DNA from: an uncultured delta proteobacterium
Lineage (GTDB): Bacteria > Desulfobacterota > Syntrophobacteria > BM002
Direction of reading: 5' to 3'
NCBI GenBank assembly: GCA_963712115.1
Contig: CAVQGX010000003.1
Location: forward strand, 1-64,000
Length of the DNA stretch: 64,000 bases
Part shown: positions 9,010-18,206 of the stretch, one piece after another
Numbering within the stretch: position 1 is the first letter of the stretch
How the letters are laid out: every line of letters starts with the position of its first letter
Notes under the pieces: generated by a model
What the model was told of the DNA's origin: nothing
Seen by the model: the letters and a program-made list of their open reading frames with translations, nothing else
The model's database searches: none
Position numbers and translations under genes: made by a program

Positions 9010-10821
9010 ATGCAAGACGACACTAAACGCAAAGAACAGTCCATTAGCGAGTTAATGCAATTGCGCCAGAAAATTGACGCACTTCAGACCAGTGAATCTC
9101 AGACGAGACGATCTGTGGACAGGTTAGAGGAGAGCGAGGCGAGCTTTCGCAATCTGCTGGATTCCATTCCGGGAATATCTATACAGGGATACACGACAGA
9201 CGGAACTGTCCGTTACTGGAACAAGGCAAGCGAGAAGGTATATGGCTACACTGAGAAGGAAGCTATAGGCCGGAACTTGGGAGATTTAATAATCCCGCCA
9301 GACGTCAAGCCACACTTTAGAGAGGCTCTCAAGCTTGGGGCAAAAGCCAAACAGTCTGGCGAATTAATGCCATCCGGTGAACTCATGCTATTGCATAAGA
9401 ACGGCTCTCTCGTTCCAGTTTGTTCCATTCACACGGTGGTTTGTCTCGAAAACAAGTCCCCTTTGATGTTTTGCATAGACGTTGACCTTTCAGAGCGCAA
9501 ACAAACAGAGGAAGCACTACGGGAAAGCAATGAAACCCTGCAAGCCTTAATTAGTTCGTCACCTCTGGCGATTTTTGCCATTGACCCAGAAAGTAAGGTG
9601 ACAATGTGGAATCCTGCTGCCAAAAATATCTTCGGTTGGACTGAAGGCGAGGTTCTGGGCCAATACCTTCCAATCGTCCCGCCGGACAAAACGGCAGAGC
9701 ATCACAAGCTGCGCGAGCGTGCTTTCAGTGGCAACACTTTTACGGGTGTTGAGGTATCCCGCCAGAGAAAGGACGGCACACTCATCGATGTCAGCCTGTC
9801 GACCGCCCCGATTTATGATTCACGCGGTCGTGTCAAGAGCATCATGGCCGTGTTAGAAGACATCAGCGAGCGAAAACGGGCGGAGGAGGCCCTGAGAGAG
9901 AGCGAAGAGCGCTACAGTAGTCTTTTCAAAAACAATCATTCGGTGATGCTTCTTATCAATCCGGAAAACGCAGCCATAGTTGATGCGAATCCGGCGGCAC
10001 GCTCCTTTTATGGCTGGAGTCATGAGGAGCTCACAAGCAGGAAAATCACGGACGTTAACACGCTTACAAGGGAGCAAGTTTCCCGGGAAATGAAACGGGC
10101 ACAATCAGGAAAAGCGCAGCATTTTCTCTTCCGGCACCGTTTGGCAAACGGTGAAATTCGCGATGTAGAAGTGTATAGTGGTCCGATCACCATAGAGGGT
10201 AAGCAGCTACTCTATTCAATAATCCACGACATTTCAGAGCGTCGGCTGGCAGAAGAAAAGCTCCAGAAAGCTCACACCCGACTGGAACAGAGGGCCGTTG
10301 AACTCAGCCAGCTCAATGAGAAACTGAAACAAGAGATTGAAGAACGGAAACTGGTTGAGCAAAAGCTGAGAATGCGGGAAGCCGAACTTGAGACAAAGGC
10401 AAATGAACTCGAAGAGGTGAATGTTGCTTTGAGAGTGTTGTTGAAACGAAGGGATGAGGACAAGACTGAGCTGGGTGAAAAGATCTTGTCCAATGTAAAG
10501 GAGCTGGTTTTGCCCTATGTGGAAAGACTGAGAAAGGCAGAATTAACCTCGCAATGCGCCGCCTATGTCAACATCCTTGAATCAAATCTTAATGATATTA
10601 TTTCACCTTTTGCGCTCAAGTTGTCCTCCAAGCTTCTAGGCCTCACTCCGACCGAAATTCAGGTAGCAAATCTAATCAAGGAGGGAAAAACTACAAAAGA
10701 CATTGCTGTCATGCTTCATTTGTCCCCCAGAACAGTCGAGTTCCATAGGAATAATATCCGAAAGAAGATGGGTATCAAAAACAAAAAAGCCAACCTGAGA
10801 TCCCACCTGCAGTCGATGTAA
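9010..10821 (+). CDS. multi-PAS LuxR-family transcriptional regulator
   Basis: Three PAS/PAC repeats (YWNKASE, MWNPAA, DANPAA); C-terminal LTPTEIQVA...SPRTVEFHRNNIRKK HTH. Confidence 0.92.
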   Translation: MQDDTKRKEQSISELMQLRQKIDALQTSESQTRRSVDRLEESEASFRNLLDSIPGISIQGYTTDGTVRYWNKASEKVYGYTEKEAIGRNLGDLIIPPDVKPHFREALKLGAKAKQSGELMPSGELMLLHKNGSLVPVCSIHTVVCLENKSPLMFCIDVDLSERKQTEEALRESNETLQALISSSPLAIFAIDPESKVTMWNPAAKNIFGWTEGEVLGQYLPIVPPDKTAEHHKLRERAFSGNTFTGVEVSRQRKDGTLIDVSLSTAPIYDSRGRVKSIMAVLEDISERKRAEEALRESEERYSSLFKNNHSVMLLINPENAAIVDANPAARSFYGWSHEELTSRKITDVNTLTREQVSREMKRAQSGKAQHFLFRHRLANGEIRDVEVYSGPITIEGKQLLYSIIHDISERRLAEEKLQKAHTRLEQRAVELSQLNEKLKQEIEERKLVEQKLRMREAELETKANELEEVNVALRVLLKRRDEDKTELGEKILSNVKELVLPYVERLRKAELTSQCAAYVNILESNLNDIISPFALKLSSKLLGLTPTEIQVANLIKEGKTTKDIAVMLHLSPRTVEFHRNNIRKKMGIKNKKANLRSHLQSM

Positions 10822-11047
10822 TACTACCTAATTTTACCTAGCATTATACAAGCATTAAACTAGTTTTGCTAATTGAAGCGATTATGGGACTATTAGCACG
10901 AAAAATGCAAACCCCTTTTTACACCCAACGACATTGCGTAGGGGAATATTTCTGGGAGAAACCTGCTGACTGGCTCGATTAAGGTTTGCCAGGTACTTTG
11001 GGTTGCGATTCAACATGGATTTCTCTGGAACTACTGGTTCATCTTGG

Positions 11048-11386
11048 ATGGAAGTTTGTGAAAAGAGAAAGTTCAAAAGGGTCAGGTGTAATTTCATGTT
11101 AACGCTCTTCGATGAAAAGCTGAACCTTTTTGTCCACGGTGAGACAGTCAATTTAAGCCAGTATGGTGCCTTTGTTCGGATACAATCTCATTTTTCATTT
11201 CGAACTGGGACGCCAATAACAATTACAGTCTTTTTGCCTCCCGAGTTCACAGGACAAGAAGAAGCCATAAGGTTACAAGGAGAGGCGGTCATTTCGAGAA
11301 TTGATGAAGCGAGTAGGGGTATAGCAGTTGAATTTTGCAAAACCCTGAGACAATTCGAACGAATTGATAAGCTGGGCTTGCATTAA
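11048..11386 (+). CDS. PilZ domain protein
   Basis: RKFKR, NLSQYG and GIAVEF; start uncertain (11003 or 11048). Confidence 0.85.
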   Translation: MEVCEKRKFKRVRCNFMLTLFDEKLNLFVHGETVNLSQYGAFVRIQSHFSFRTGTPITITVFLPPEFTGQEEAIRLQGEAVISRIDEASRGIAVEFCKTLRQFERIDKLGLH

Positions 11387-11465
11387 GATATAACGTAAGA
11401 AAAAGTCTCCACTTTCTCAAGGAGGTCTTCCAAGCGGTCACTAAAGCACCAAGGGAACTCTGGCA

Positions 11466-12662
11466 ATGTCGAAATCCTTCCTCATGATCGAGAAGGGTCT
11501 TGCCGGGGAGCAGGTCTACCACCTGCAATCCCGGCTTACTATCGGAAGGGCACCGGAGAGTGATATCCACCTGCCTGACCCTTCGGTCTCCAGACAGCAC
11601 GCGCTGCTATACATAGATGACGAAAAAGCCATCCTGGAAGATGTGGGTAGCCGTAACGGCACCTATGTCAATGAGGAGCGGGTCAAGAAAGTCGTCCTCG
11701 CAAACGGTGACGTGGTTCGGATCGGAACCGTGACCACTCGATTCCTGGAGGAGGGAGAGTTTCCCAGACAGTTTACTACGAAAAAGACCCGGGAGATCAG
11801 CGGGTGGTGCGGCCATGATGCCGAAATGAACGACACCCTTCTCCAGCGTTCAGAAAGACTCCAGAAGTTCGTCTCCAATCTTCCCCTCTTTTCCTCTCTT
11901 AAGCAACATGATCTCGATCTGGTCTTCCAGGCCGCAAAATTGTTCGTCTACAATTCCGGACAACTGATTATTCGCCATGGAGACTGGGGTGACTCCCTTT
12001 ACATAATTCTGGACGGTAAAATCCGCGTCCTCACTCACGATTATCAGGGTAAAGATGTCACGCTACAACTTCTGGGTGAAAACAGTTTCTTTGGAGAAGG
12101 GCCGTTACTGACCGGGAGGCCTCACACAAGCGCATTCGAGGCAAGGGAGGAGACTCTGCTGTGCAAGTTGAGCTTTGAGACCATCCGGGACCTGGCTGAA
12201 AGGTACCCAATAATTCAAGGTTTGCTTGAGCAGAATCAAAAAGAGCATTTAAGCTATGTCGAAAGAAGGAGAAAATCATTAGGTTTTGAATGGCGGAAAC
12301 ATCCTCGCTATGAAATTCCTCTCACAATAATCTTTTCCGTCTCACCTGATTTGAATTTGTCCGATCAGCTTGAACGCAGGGTCTTTCACGGGATTTCTGC
12401 AGCCATTTCGCTTTCCGGTGTCAGGGTACGACTCAGAGACAAGTCCTTGGGACTACTCCCGATTGGGTGCAATGTCCGGCTCGAAATCGTTCTTCCTTCT
12501 CCATGGCAAAGCATCAGGTGCATCGGCATCGTCAGACACATGATGGAAGCTAATAAAGGTGATGACAGGGCACACATGGGCATAGAATTTTCTGACATGA
12601 GCTCTGCCACCCAGAAAATGCTCCAAAACTTCCTCTATAGTCGTGTGACGGCAGAAGCATAA
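11466..12662 (+). CDS. FHA-cNMP-binding-PilZ protein
   Basis: IGRAP/VSRQHA/SRNGT; FFGEGPLLTGRPH; RKHPR and ISLSG; paralog of 4880. Confidence 0.9.
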   Translation: MSKSFLMIEKGLAGEQVYHLQSRLTIGRAPESDIHLPDPSVSRQHALLYIDDEKAILEDVGSRNGTYVNEERVKKVVLANGDVVRIGTVTTRFLEEGEFPRQFTTKKTREISGWCGHDAEMNDTLLQRSERLQKFVSNLPLFSSLKQHDLDLVFQAAKLFVYNSGQLIIRHGDWGDSLYIILDGKIRVLTHDYQGKDVTLQLLGENSFFGEGPLLTGRPHTSAFEAREETLLCKLSFETIRDLAERYPIIQGLLEQNQKEHLSYVERRRKSLGFEWRKHPRYEIPLTIIFSVSPDLNLSDQLERRVFHGISAAISLSGVRVRLRDKSLGLLPIGCNVRLEIVLPSPWQSIRCIGIVRHMMEANKGDDRAHMGIEFSDMSSATQKMLQNFLYSRVTAEA

Positions 12663-12787
12663 GAATGTTAGGGGAGGAAGGGCTTGTGAAAGGTCGAACT
12701 ACCATCTTAAATCACGAGTATTGTCATCTTGTTAAGATCATAAAAGTTATCACTTTTGTTCCTGCTCTATAAGATGAGGGGGGCATA

Positions 12788-14569
12788 ATGACCAAACTCC
12801 ATGTTATTGACGGACAACTGGGAGACCAGTTTTTTGAATTTGAAGACAACGTCATCTTTCTCGGAAGAGCTTCAAATAATGATGTGCAAGTTAAGGACTA
12901 TTCCATTTCGCGCGTTCACCTAAAAATCATCAAGGAAGGCGCCAAATATCTGATTGAAGATCAAGGTAGCAGGAACGGAACCTGGGTAGATGGAGATCTG
13001 TTAGAACCTGGAAAAGAACTAGAGGTGCGAGAAGGGACTCCTATTGTCGTAGGGAATACCTTAATAACTCTAGGCGACAAGGCTCCAATAGATAACATGC
13101 TCACCCTTTACGCCGTCAGTGTCTTTTCCCCTAAAACAAAGGGTCGAGAGAATCTCATATACAAAGATAGAAGGTTTACCAGTCGTAGAAGTCTGGAATT
13201 GATTTATGAAGTGTCTACTCTCTTGATGCGGTCATCAAAAATTGAAGATGTATGTAACAAAATAATGGATAGCCTGTTTTCCTACCTCAAGAGGATCGAC
13301 AGCGGAGCTATTTTATGGATAGACGGTGAAACTGGAGAACTTACGGAAATAGCTTCCAGATCGAGAAGTAAACAGGAGAGCATCAAAATAAGTCATAGCC
13401 GAACCATAGTAAACAGAGTAATACGCGAGGGCAAGGCAGTACTGATATCGGATATCAGCAGTGAAAGTAAGGAAAACTTCTCACGAAGCATAGAAAAGAT
13501 GCTGATCAAGTCCGTAATGTGCGTTCCCTTGATCATCAAGTCGGAAATCCGAGGCGTTTTCTATATACACTCAGAGAATGTGCGGAACGGGTTCATAAAA
13601 GACGATCTTTTTCTCCTCACAGGGCTCAGCACACCAGCAGCTTTGGCAATCGAAAACGGATTACTTCACTCCAAACGAGAACAAGTGGAGGAGCAGCTGC
13701 GAAAAGCTCATCACGAACTGGAGAGACGGGTGGAAGAGCGCACTGCCGAGCTGAGGAAGACAAACGAGGATCTGGCGCGGGAGATAAATGAGCGCACGCA
13801 GGCGGAAGAGGCGCTCAAGAGTGCCTATGCTGAGCTGAAAGAGACGCAAGAAAAACTGATTCAGTCTGAGAAATTGGCTGCCCTGGGAAGGTTTTCCGCT
13901 GGAATCAGCCATGAGATCAAAAACCCGCTCGGCATTATCCTGGGAGGAATAGGATATTTAGAGAAGAAACTGGAAAGAGCCGACCAAGACGTTCAAGTAG
14001 CTATGGGAAAGATAAAAGAAGCGACTCAGAGGGCGAACAATATTCTCCTAGGTCTTCTGCAATTTGCCAGACCGTCTGAACTTAAAGTTGAGAAGACAAA
14101 GCCTGAAGAATTAATAAAAGCAACTCTTTCTCTGCTTGAATACAAAATTTTCCTAAATAATATAAAAGTAAAAACAAATTATCAGGAGGAAGATATATAT
14201 ATTCATGTTGAAAAAGATCAAATACAACAAGTGTTGTTCAACATATTATTAAACTCAGTTGAGGCAATGCCAAAGAGAGGACAGATCAAGATTGATGTTT
14301 ACCGAGAACATTCAGAGCATTCTTCAGGTAAATCAGTTTGCGTAATTAAAATAGAAGATACCGGCGAAGGAATCTCAAAAGAAAATCAATTGAAAGTCTA
14401 TGAACCTTTTTTTACAACAAAAAGAGACAAGAAAGGAACAGGCCTGGGACTGTCTATCTCGAAGACGATTGTCGAGAAGAATGAGGGTCAGTTACTAATA
14501 GACAGTGAAGAAGGAAAAGGAACAAAAATCAAACTGCTTTTCCAATTGGCAGAAGGCTATGAAGGATGA
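12788..14569 (+). CDS. FHA-GAF sensor histidine kinase
   Basis: N-terminal FHA; GAF (SVMCVPL); SHEIKNPL H-box; N, D, F and G boxes. Confidence 0.92.
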   Translation: MTKLHVIDGQLGDQFFEFEDNVIFLGRASNNDVQVKDYSISRVHLKIIKEGAKYLIEDQGSRNGTWVDGDLLEPGKELEVREGTPIVVGNTLITLGDKAPIDNMLTLYAVSVFSPKTKGRENLIYKDRRFTSRRSLELIYEVSTLLMRSSKIEDVCNKIMDSLFSYLKRIDSGAILWIDGETGELTEIASRSRSKQESIKISHSRTIVNRVIREGKAVLISDISSESKENFSRSIEKMLIKSVMCVPLIIKSEIRGVFYIHSENVRNGFIKDDLFLLTGLSTPAALAIENGLLHSKREQVEEQLRKAHHELERRVEERTAELRKTNEDLAREINERTQAEEALKSAYAELKETQEKLIQSEKLAALGRFSAGISHEIKNPLGIILGGIGYLEKKLERADQDVQVAMGKIKEATQRANNILLGLLQFARPSELKVEKTKPEELIKATLSLLEYKIFLNNIKVKTNYQEEDIYIHVEKDQIQQVLFNILLNSVEAMPKRGQIKIDVYREHSEHSSGKSVCVIKIEDTGEGISKENQLKVYEPFFTTKRDKKGTGLGLSISKTIVEKNEGQLLIDSEEGKGTKIKLLFQLAEGYEG

Positions 14570-14952
14570 ATACCATCCTGATAATTGACGACGAGGAAGA
14601 TCTCGTTTTTTTTATAAAGTCCGCCCTGGAACTACATGGCAGATATCGGGTGTTTTATTCTACCGATGGAAAATCGGGGATAGAAATCGCGCGCCGCGAG
14701 AAACCAACACTAATCCTGCTAGATATCATGATGCCTGAAATGGATGGGCTTGAAGTCTTGAAAGAGCTAAAGGAAGATACCCAGACCATGGCAATCCCCG
14801 TGGTTATGCTCACCGCCAAAAATGATGACCACTCAATGACGGAGGCTTTTGGATCCTATGCGCAATACTATATAGTCAAACCCGTCGAGATGGATGTATT
14901 GGCAGCGCAGATAGATTATGTTCTGTCTTTAACAGAGAGGAGAATTTGCTGA
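14566..14952 (+). CDS. single-domain response regulator
   Basis: IIDDE, LLDIMMP, MLTA and KP receiver motifs. Confidence 0.92.
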   Translation: MNTILIIDDEEDLVFFIKSALELHGRYRVFYSTDGKSGIEIARREKPTLILLDIMMPEMDGLEVLKELKEDTQTMAIPVVMLTAKNDDHSMTEAFGSYAQYYIVKPVEMDVLAAQIDYVLSLTERRIC

Positions 14953-15031
14953 GTTCTCGAATTAATATGCCATGCAATCCATTTATGATCGAGTTATATG
15001 AAGTTTCCTATTTGGTTACTAGGGCTTCATA

Positions 15032-15120
15032 TAACATCCCTTAATTCACAGTCTGCTGAGATTTGTTCAGGCACGAGATGTTGAGAAGAAAAAAAGCGGA
15101 GCCGAAGTTCCGCAGTTCTT
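15032..15120. repeat. bipartite intergenic repeat copy B plus terminator
   Basis: Colinear with 6278-6367, including the GCGG...CCGC hairpin. Confidence 0.75.
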
Positions 15121-15147
15121 TGAAAATGAATAGAATCTCGTTTAGGT

Positions 15148-15411
15148 CTATTGGTGGCTGCCCAATTCCTCTTTCGAGGTCTGTAGTCCCTCCCACTCGT
15201 TTTTGCACTCCCTGCTACAAAGCAAGTGAATGCCATCCTCTTCATAGTGTATCTCACAAAAATCGCTTACAGATAGGATCTTCTTACACTGAGAACAAGG
15301 CATTTTCATTGCCTCTGATTCTGGATTGTTAGGGCAACCCTCGCACAAAAGAGGCCCTTCATCCCACCAGACACAATTTCCACATTTGTCACTCGGGGGT
15401 TGATTCATCAT
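15148..15411 (-). CDS. small Cys-rich zinc-finger-like protein
   Basis: Three CxxC pairs plus LCSRECK (TRASH/MYM-like); paralog of 16207. Confidence 0.7.
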   Translation of the reverse strand: MMNQPPSDKCGNCVWWDEGPLLCEGCPNNPESEAMKMPCSQCKKILSVSDFCEIHYEEDGIHLLCSRECKNEWEGLQTSKEELGSHQ

Positions 15412-15437
15412 TTCACCTACGAAACAACCGCTGTGAA

Positions 15438-15626
15438 TTACGACAAATCCCGCTGAAGGTCAGACGGCTTCTGCTCCAAATTCAATCTGGAATCACTCGG
15501 GTACACCCATTTGTCTCGACATCTGATACTACAGAAAAAATAAATTCCTCTACCGCCGGCGATAAACATCGGGGTTTTATCCACTGAGAGCTTTCTATTG
15601 CAGCGAGTGCATGTATGGCTCAACAC
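15438..15626 (-). CDS. small TRASH/MYM-like Cys protein
   Basis: CTRC...FFCSIRC; GGAGG SD before the GTG at 15626. Confidence 0.6.
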   Translation of the reverse strand: MLSHTCTRCNRKLSVDKTPMFIAGGRGIYFFCSIRCRDKWVYPSDSRLNLEQKPSDLQRDLS

Positions 15627-15962
15627 AAGTGAACCTCCCATGACAGAGTGCTACAGGCGTTGCAACTATCTGTCGAGGAGATGGGACTTCGGCGAAACTT
15701 CCCATCAGGCTCTACCAAAACCGGATGGTGAGTCCAGAGGGCATAAGTCCCCTAGTCCTAACGGTTAAGGTATACCAAGATCCATGCCAGTGAGGTGTCG
15801 TGCTAACTTTCTATGGATTTTCAGATGCTTAGCTCATGTGCTAATGGAAAGCAAATTAGAAGTTGTAAGTAAATCAGTTACATAAACTGGAAAAAAAGTG
15901 CCATTTGTCAGAAGAAGTTTAGGTGAGATTAACAGCATGGAGGGGTGGGAGAGAACTTTATA

Positions 15963-16015
15963 TTACATCCCTTAATCTAAACTTTGACTGGTATTGACTC
16001 AGGCACAAGATGTGG
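15963..16015. repeat. bipartite intergenic repeat copy C
   Basis: TTACATCCCTTAATCTAAACTTT...AGGCACAAGATGTGG. Confidence 0.7.
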
Positions 16016-16033
16016 TTTCCTGTGAACGGAAAC

Positions 16034-16153
16034 AAGAAAAAGCCCCCACCGATCGGGGGGCACCCGCTGACCGTGAGGGCAAAGCCTAGAGCGACAGGGC
16101 AAAGGTAGGGTGCCCCGTCCGTTGAGTAAGTTACCACGACTAACGTGGATGCT
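16034..16153 (-). ncRNA. candidate sigma54-dependent sRNA, copy 2
   Basis: Same loops as copy 1 with altered but still paired stems; GG-N10-GC motif at 16164-16179. Confidence 0.5.
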
Positions 16154-16163
16154 ACAATAAAAA

Positions 16164-16179
16164 AGCAAGGCTAATGCCC
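16164..16179 (-). promoter_or_regulatory. sigma54 promoter upstream of the candidate sRNA
   Basis: Minus strand GGGCATTAGCCTTGCT; no credible ORF before the terminator. Confidence 0.55.
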
Positions 16180-16206
16180 CGCTCGTTCTTTGGAAGATGA
16201 ATAGCC

Positions 16207-16479
16207 TTATTTCAAGGACCACTCTAGTTTGCGGGAGTCTTTATCTGGGGCAGCATCATAGTCCCATCTATCCTTGCACTCTTTGCTACAAAACAAGAAA
16301 AGGCCCTTCATTTCAAAAATTATCTGATAAAGCCGGCTCACAAAGACAAACTGTTTGCATTGAGAACAAGGCAAAACCCATCTATCTGATTCTGGATAAT
16401 TATGACAATCTAAGCACATGATGGGGCCTGAATGCGACCAGAGGCAATCACGGCATCTATTACTTGGAGGATTGTGCAT
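16207..16479 (-). CDS. small Cys-rich zinc-finger-like protein
   Basis: CRDC, CLDC, CSQC and FCSKEC; paralog of 15148. Confidence 0.7.
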   Translation of the reverse strand: MHNPPSNRCRDCLWSHSGPIMCLDCHNYPESDRWVLPCSQCKQFVFVSRLYQIIFEMKGLFLFCSKECKDRWDYDAAPDKDSRKLEWSLK

Positions 16480-16523
16480 AACCTTTTTGTGTTAGTAGTA
16501 TCTAGAGATTGTTTGGCTAATAT

Positions 16524-16570
16524 TGGTGGTGGCGGTAAGAGTTGAACCCACGACCTCAGCGCTGCAAACT
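16524..16570 (-). pseudogene. degenerate 3' half of a tRNA (Ala-like)
   Basis: Minus strand GAGGTC-GTGGG-TTCAACT-CTTAC-CGCCACC-A-CCA; no 5' half seen. Confidence 0.55.
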
Positions 16571-16660
16571 CCCATCGATGAGAATTAGTTTATCAAATGA
16601 GGTCAAGTCAGAAGAAATCTTGCCAGGCCGGCAAGGACATATGTATCTCTTCACATATAG

Positions 16661-16676
16661 TGCAGACTTCGTACCA
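16661..16676 (-). promoter_or_regulatory. sigma54 promoter
   Basis: Minus strand TGGTACGAAGTCTGCA. Confidence 0.55.
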
Positions 16677-16928
16677 AGTTAGGTATTTAATGTCTTTACC
16701 TTTAAATATCTAATAGTTAGATAATAAGAGTCGATCGACACTAACTGCGAGAGGAGGGCAAAACGTAAAGATTCCCGACAATCATTTCCTATTGTGAAAA
16801 TAGTATATTTTACGGAAATCTTAAGATAATAATGTGTTGAGAGATAATAATAAAGCTTCGAGGTAAACTGTAAAAAATTCCGACGATTTTACAAGAATGG
16901 GTATTCGGGGGCGTGCTTAAACTGAAGA

Positions 16929-16983
16929 TTACATCCCTTAATCTAAACTTTATTCCTCTGTAACCAAGGCACAAAATATTGAG
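16929..16983. repeat. bipartite intergenic repeat copy D
   Basis: TTACATCCCTTAATCTAAACTTT...AGGCACAAAATATTGAG. Confidence 0.7.
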
Positions 16984-17051
16984 TATAACCTTCTCAAAAA
17001 ATTGCACCAATGCAGTGTAGTTAGGCAAATACAGTTTTTGAAACTGTATTT

Positions 17052-18179
17052 TCAATCTCGCCAAATCTCTAATATGGTTAAATCGTCATTTGCAGATGAA
17101 TTACCCCGCCAGTCACTTATGAAGTCCAAAAGTCCCTTACCCCAGGGCGGGCCTTTCGCATCCCTTATATAGCTGACCAGGCGATCATTACCAAATAGCT
17201 CGTTATCTTCATTCTCTGCTTCGACAACTCCATCTGTAAAAAACAGAATCGATTCTCCAGGAGACAGTAAGATTTCCTTTATCCCGTATTGAACATCCGG
17301 GGTGACTCCCAATGATATTCCCTCTATTTGCGGTAGGTTTCTAATATCCCCTTCTGCGATCCACAAAGGCGATAAATGGCCACCCACGGCAAGTTGCATT
17401 TTTCCACTTGATGGCCAATACCTGGCAACAGCAATGGTGGCAAAAAATCCTTCTTCGGACGTCAGGCTATACATGCTGTTGTTTACGGTTTCAAGAAGCT
17501 CGTCCACTTCACTTCGAACTTGTGCTTCGCTACGGATTTTAGTTGACAATGCAGCCATGATCAGAGCAGCAGGAACGCCTTTATCCGAAACATCGGCTAC
17601 ATATACTAATAGGCTGTCGTCTGACAAAGGAATCACATCGTATAAATCGCCGCCCACATAGGTGGCAGGAACAGATACAGCCCAGATACGGCCTCCCCCT
17701 TTCAGCTCCGGCATTCGCGGCCAGAACAGAGATTGAATCTTGGTTGCCGTTTCGAGTTGGCCTCTGAGCTGGGCCGACTGCTCAAGGACGGTGTCATGCA
17801 GTTCCTTGATCCGCAGCATCGACTTGACCCTGGCAACCAGCGCCGCATGGTCCACGGGCTTGGTCAGGTATTCGTCACCACCTGCCTCCAGGCCCGCCAC
17901 CACGTCTTTTGAATCGGCCTTGGCAGTCACCATGATGATCGGCATGAATGGCAGGGAAGGGTCCTCTTTGATCCGCCGACAAACCTCAATGCCGTCCATC
18001 TTGGGCATCATAATGTCAAGCAGCATCAGGTCCGGTTGCTTCTCTCTGGCCATGGCCAGCCCTGCCTCTCCGTCAGCCGCTGTGACGACCTCGTAGTTGT
18101 GGGCCCTCAGGCGAGTCTGGAGGATATCCAGGTTCGTGGGGTTGTCGTCCACAATGAGAATCAGTGGTGGCGTTCTCAC
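17052..18179 (-). CDS. response regulator-SpoIIE/PP2C phosphatase (RsbU-like)
   Basis: Receiver domain; GGDLYD, ADVSDKG, FTDGVVEA and DDLT. Confidence 0.92.
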   Translation of the reverse strand: MRTPPLILIVDDNPTNLDILQTRLRAHNYEVVTAADGEAGLAMAREKQPDLMLLDIMMPKMDGIEVCRRIKEDPSLPFMPIIMVTAKADSKDVVAGLEAGGDEYLTKPVDHAALVARVKSMLRIKELHDTVLEQSAQLRGQLETATKIQSLFWPRMPELKGGGRIWAVSVPATYVGGDLYDVIPLSDDSLLVYVADVSDKGVPAALIMAALSTKIRSEAQVRSEVDELLETVNNSMYSLTSEEGFFATIAVARYWPSSGKMQLAVGGHLSPLWIAEGDIRNLPQIEGISLGVTPDVQYGIKEILLSPGESILFFTDGVVEAENEDNELFGNDRLVSYIRDAKGPPWGKGLLDFISDWRGNSSANDDLTILEIWRD

Positions 18180-18206
18180 AATTTTCCCTCTGTGGTTAAC
18201 TATTGG

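Noticed and set aside
10991-11008. sigma54 promoter for the plus-strand PilZ operon
   Set aside because: GG-to-GC spacing is 11 nt rather than the required 10
6278-16983. CRISPR array from the repeated ACATCCCT motif
   Set aside because: Copies are about 1-9 kb apart and degenerate; there are no regular spacers and no cas genes
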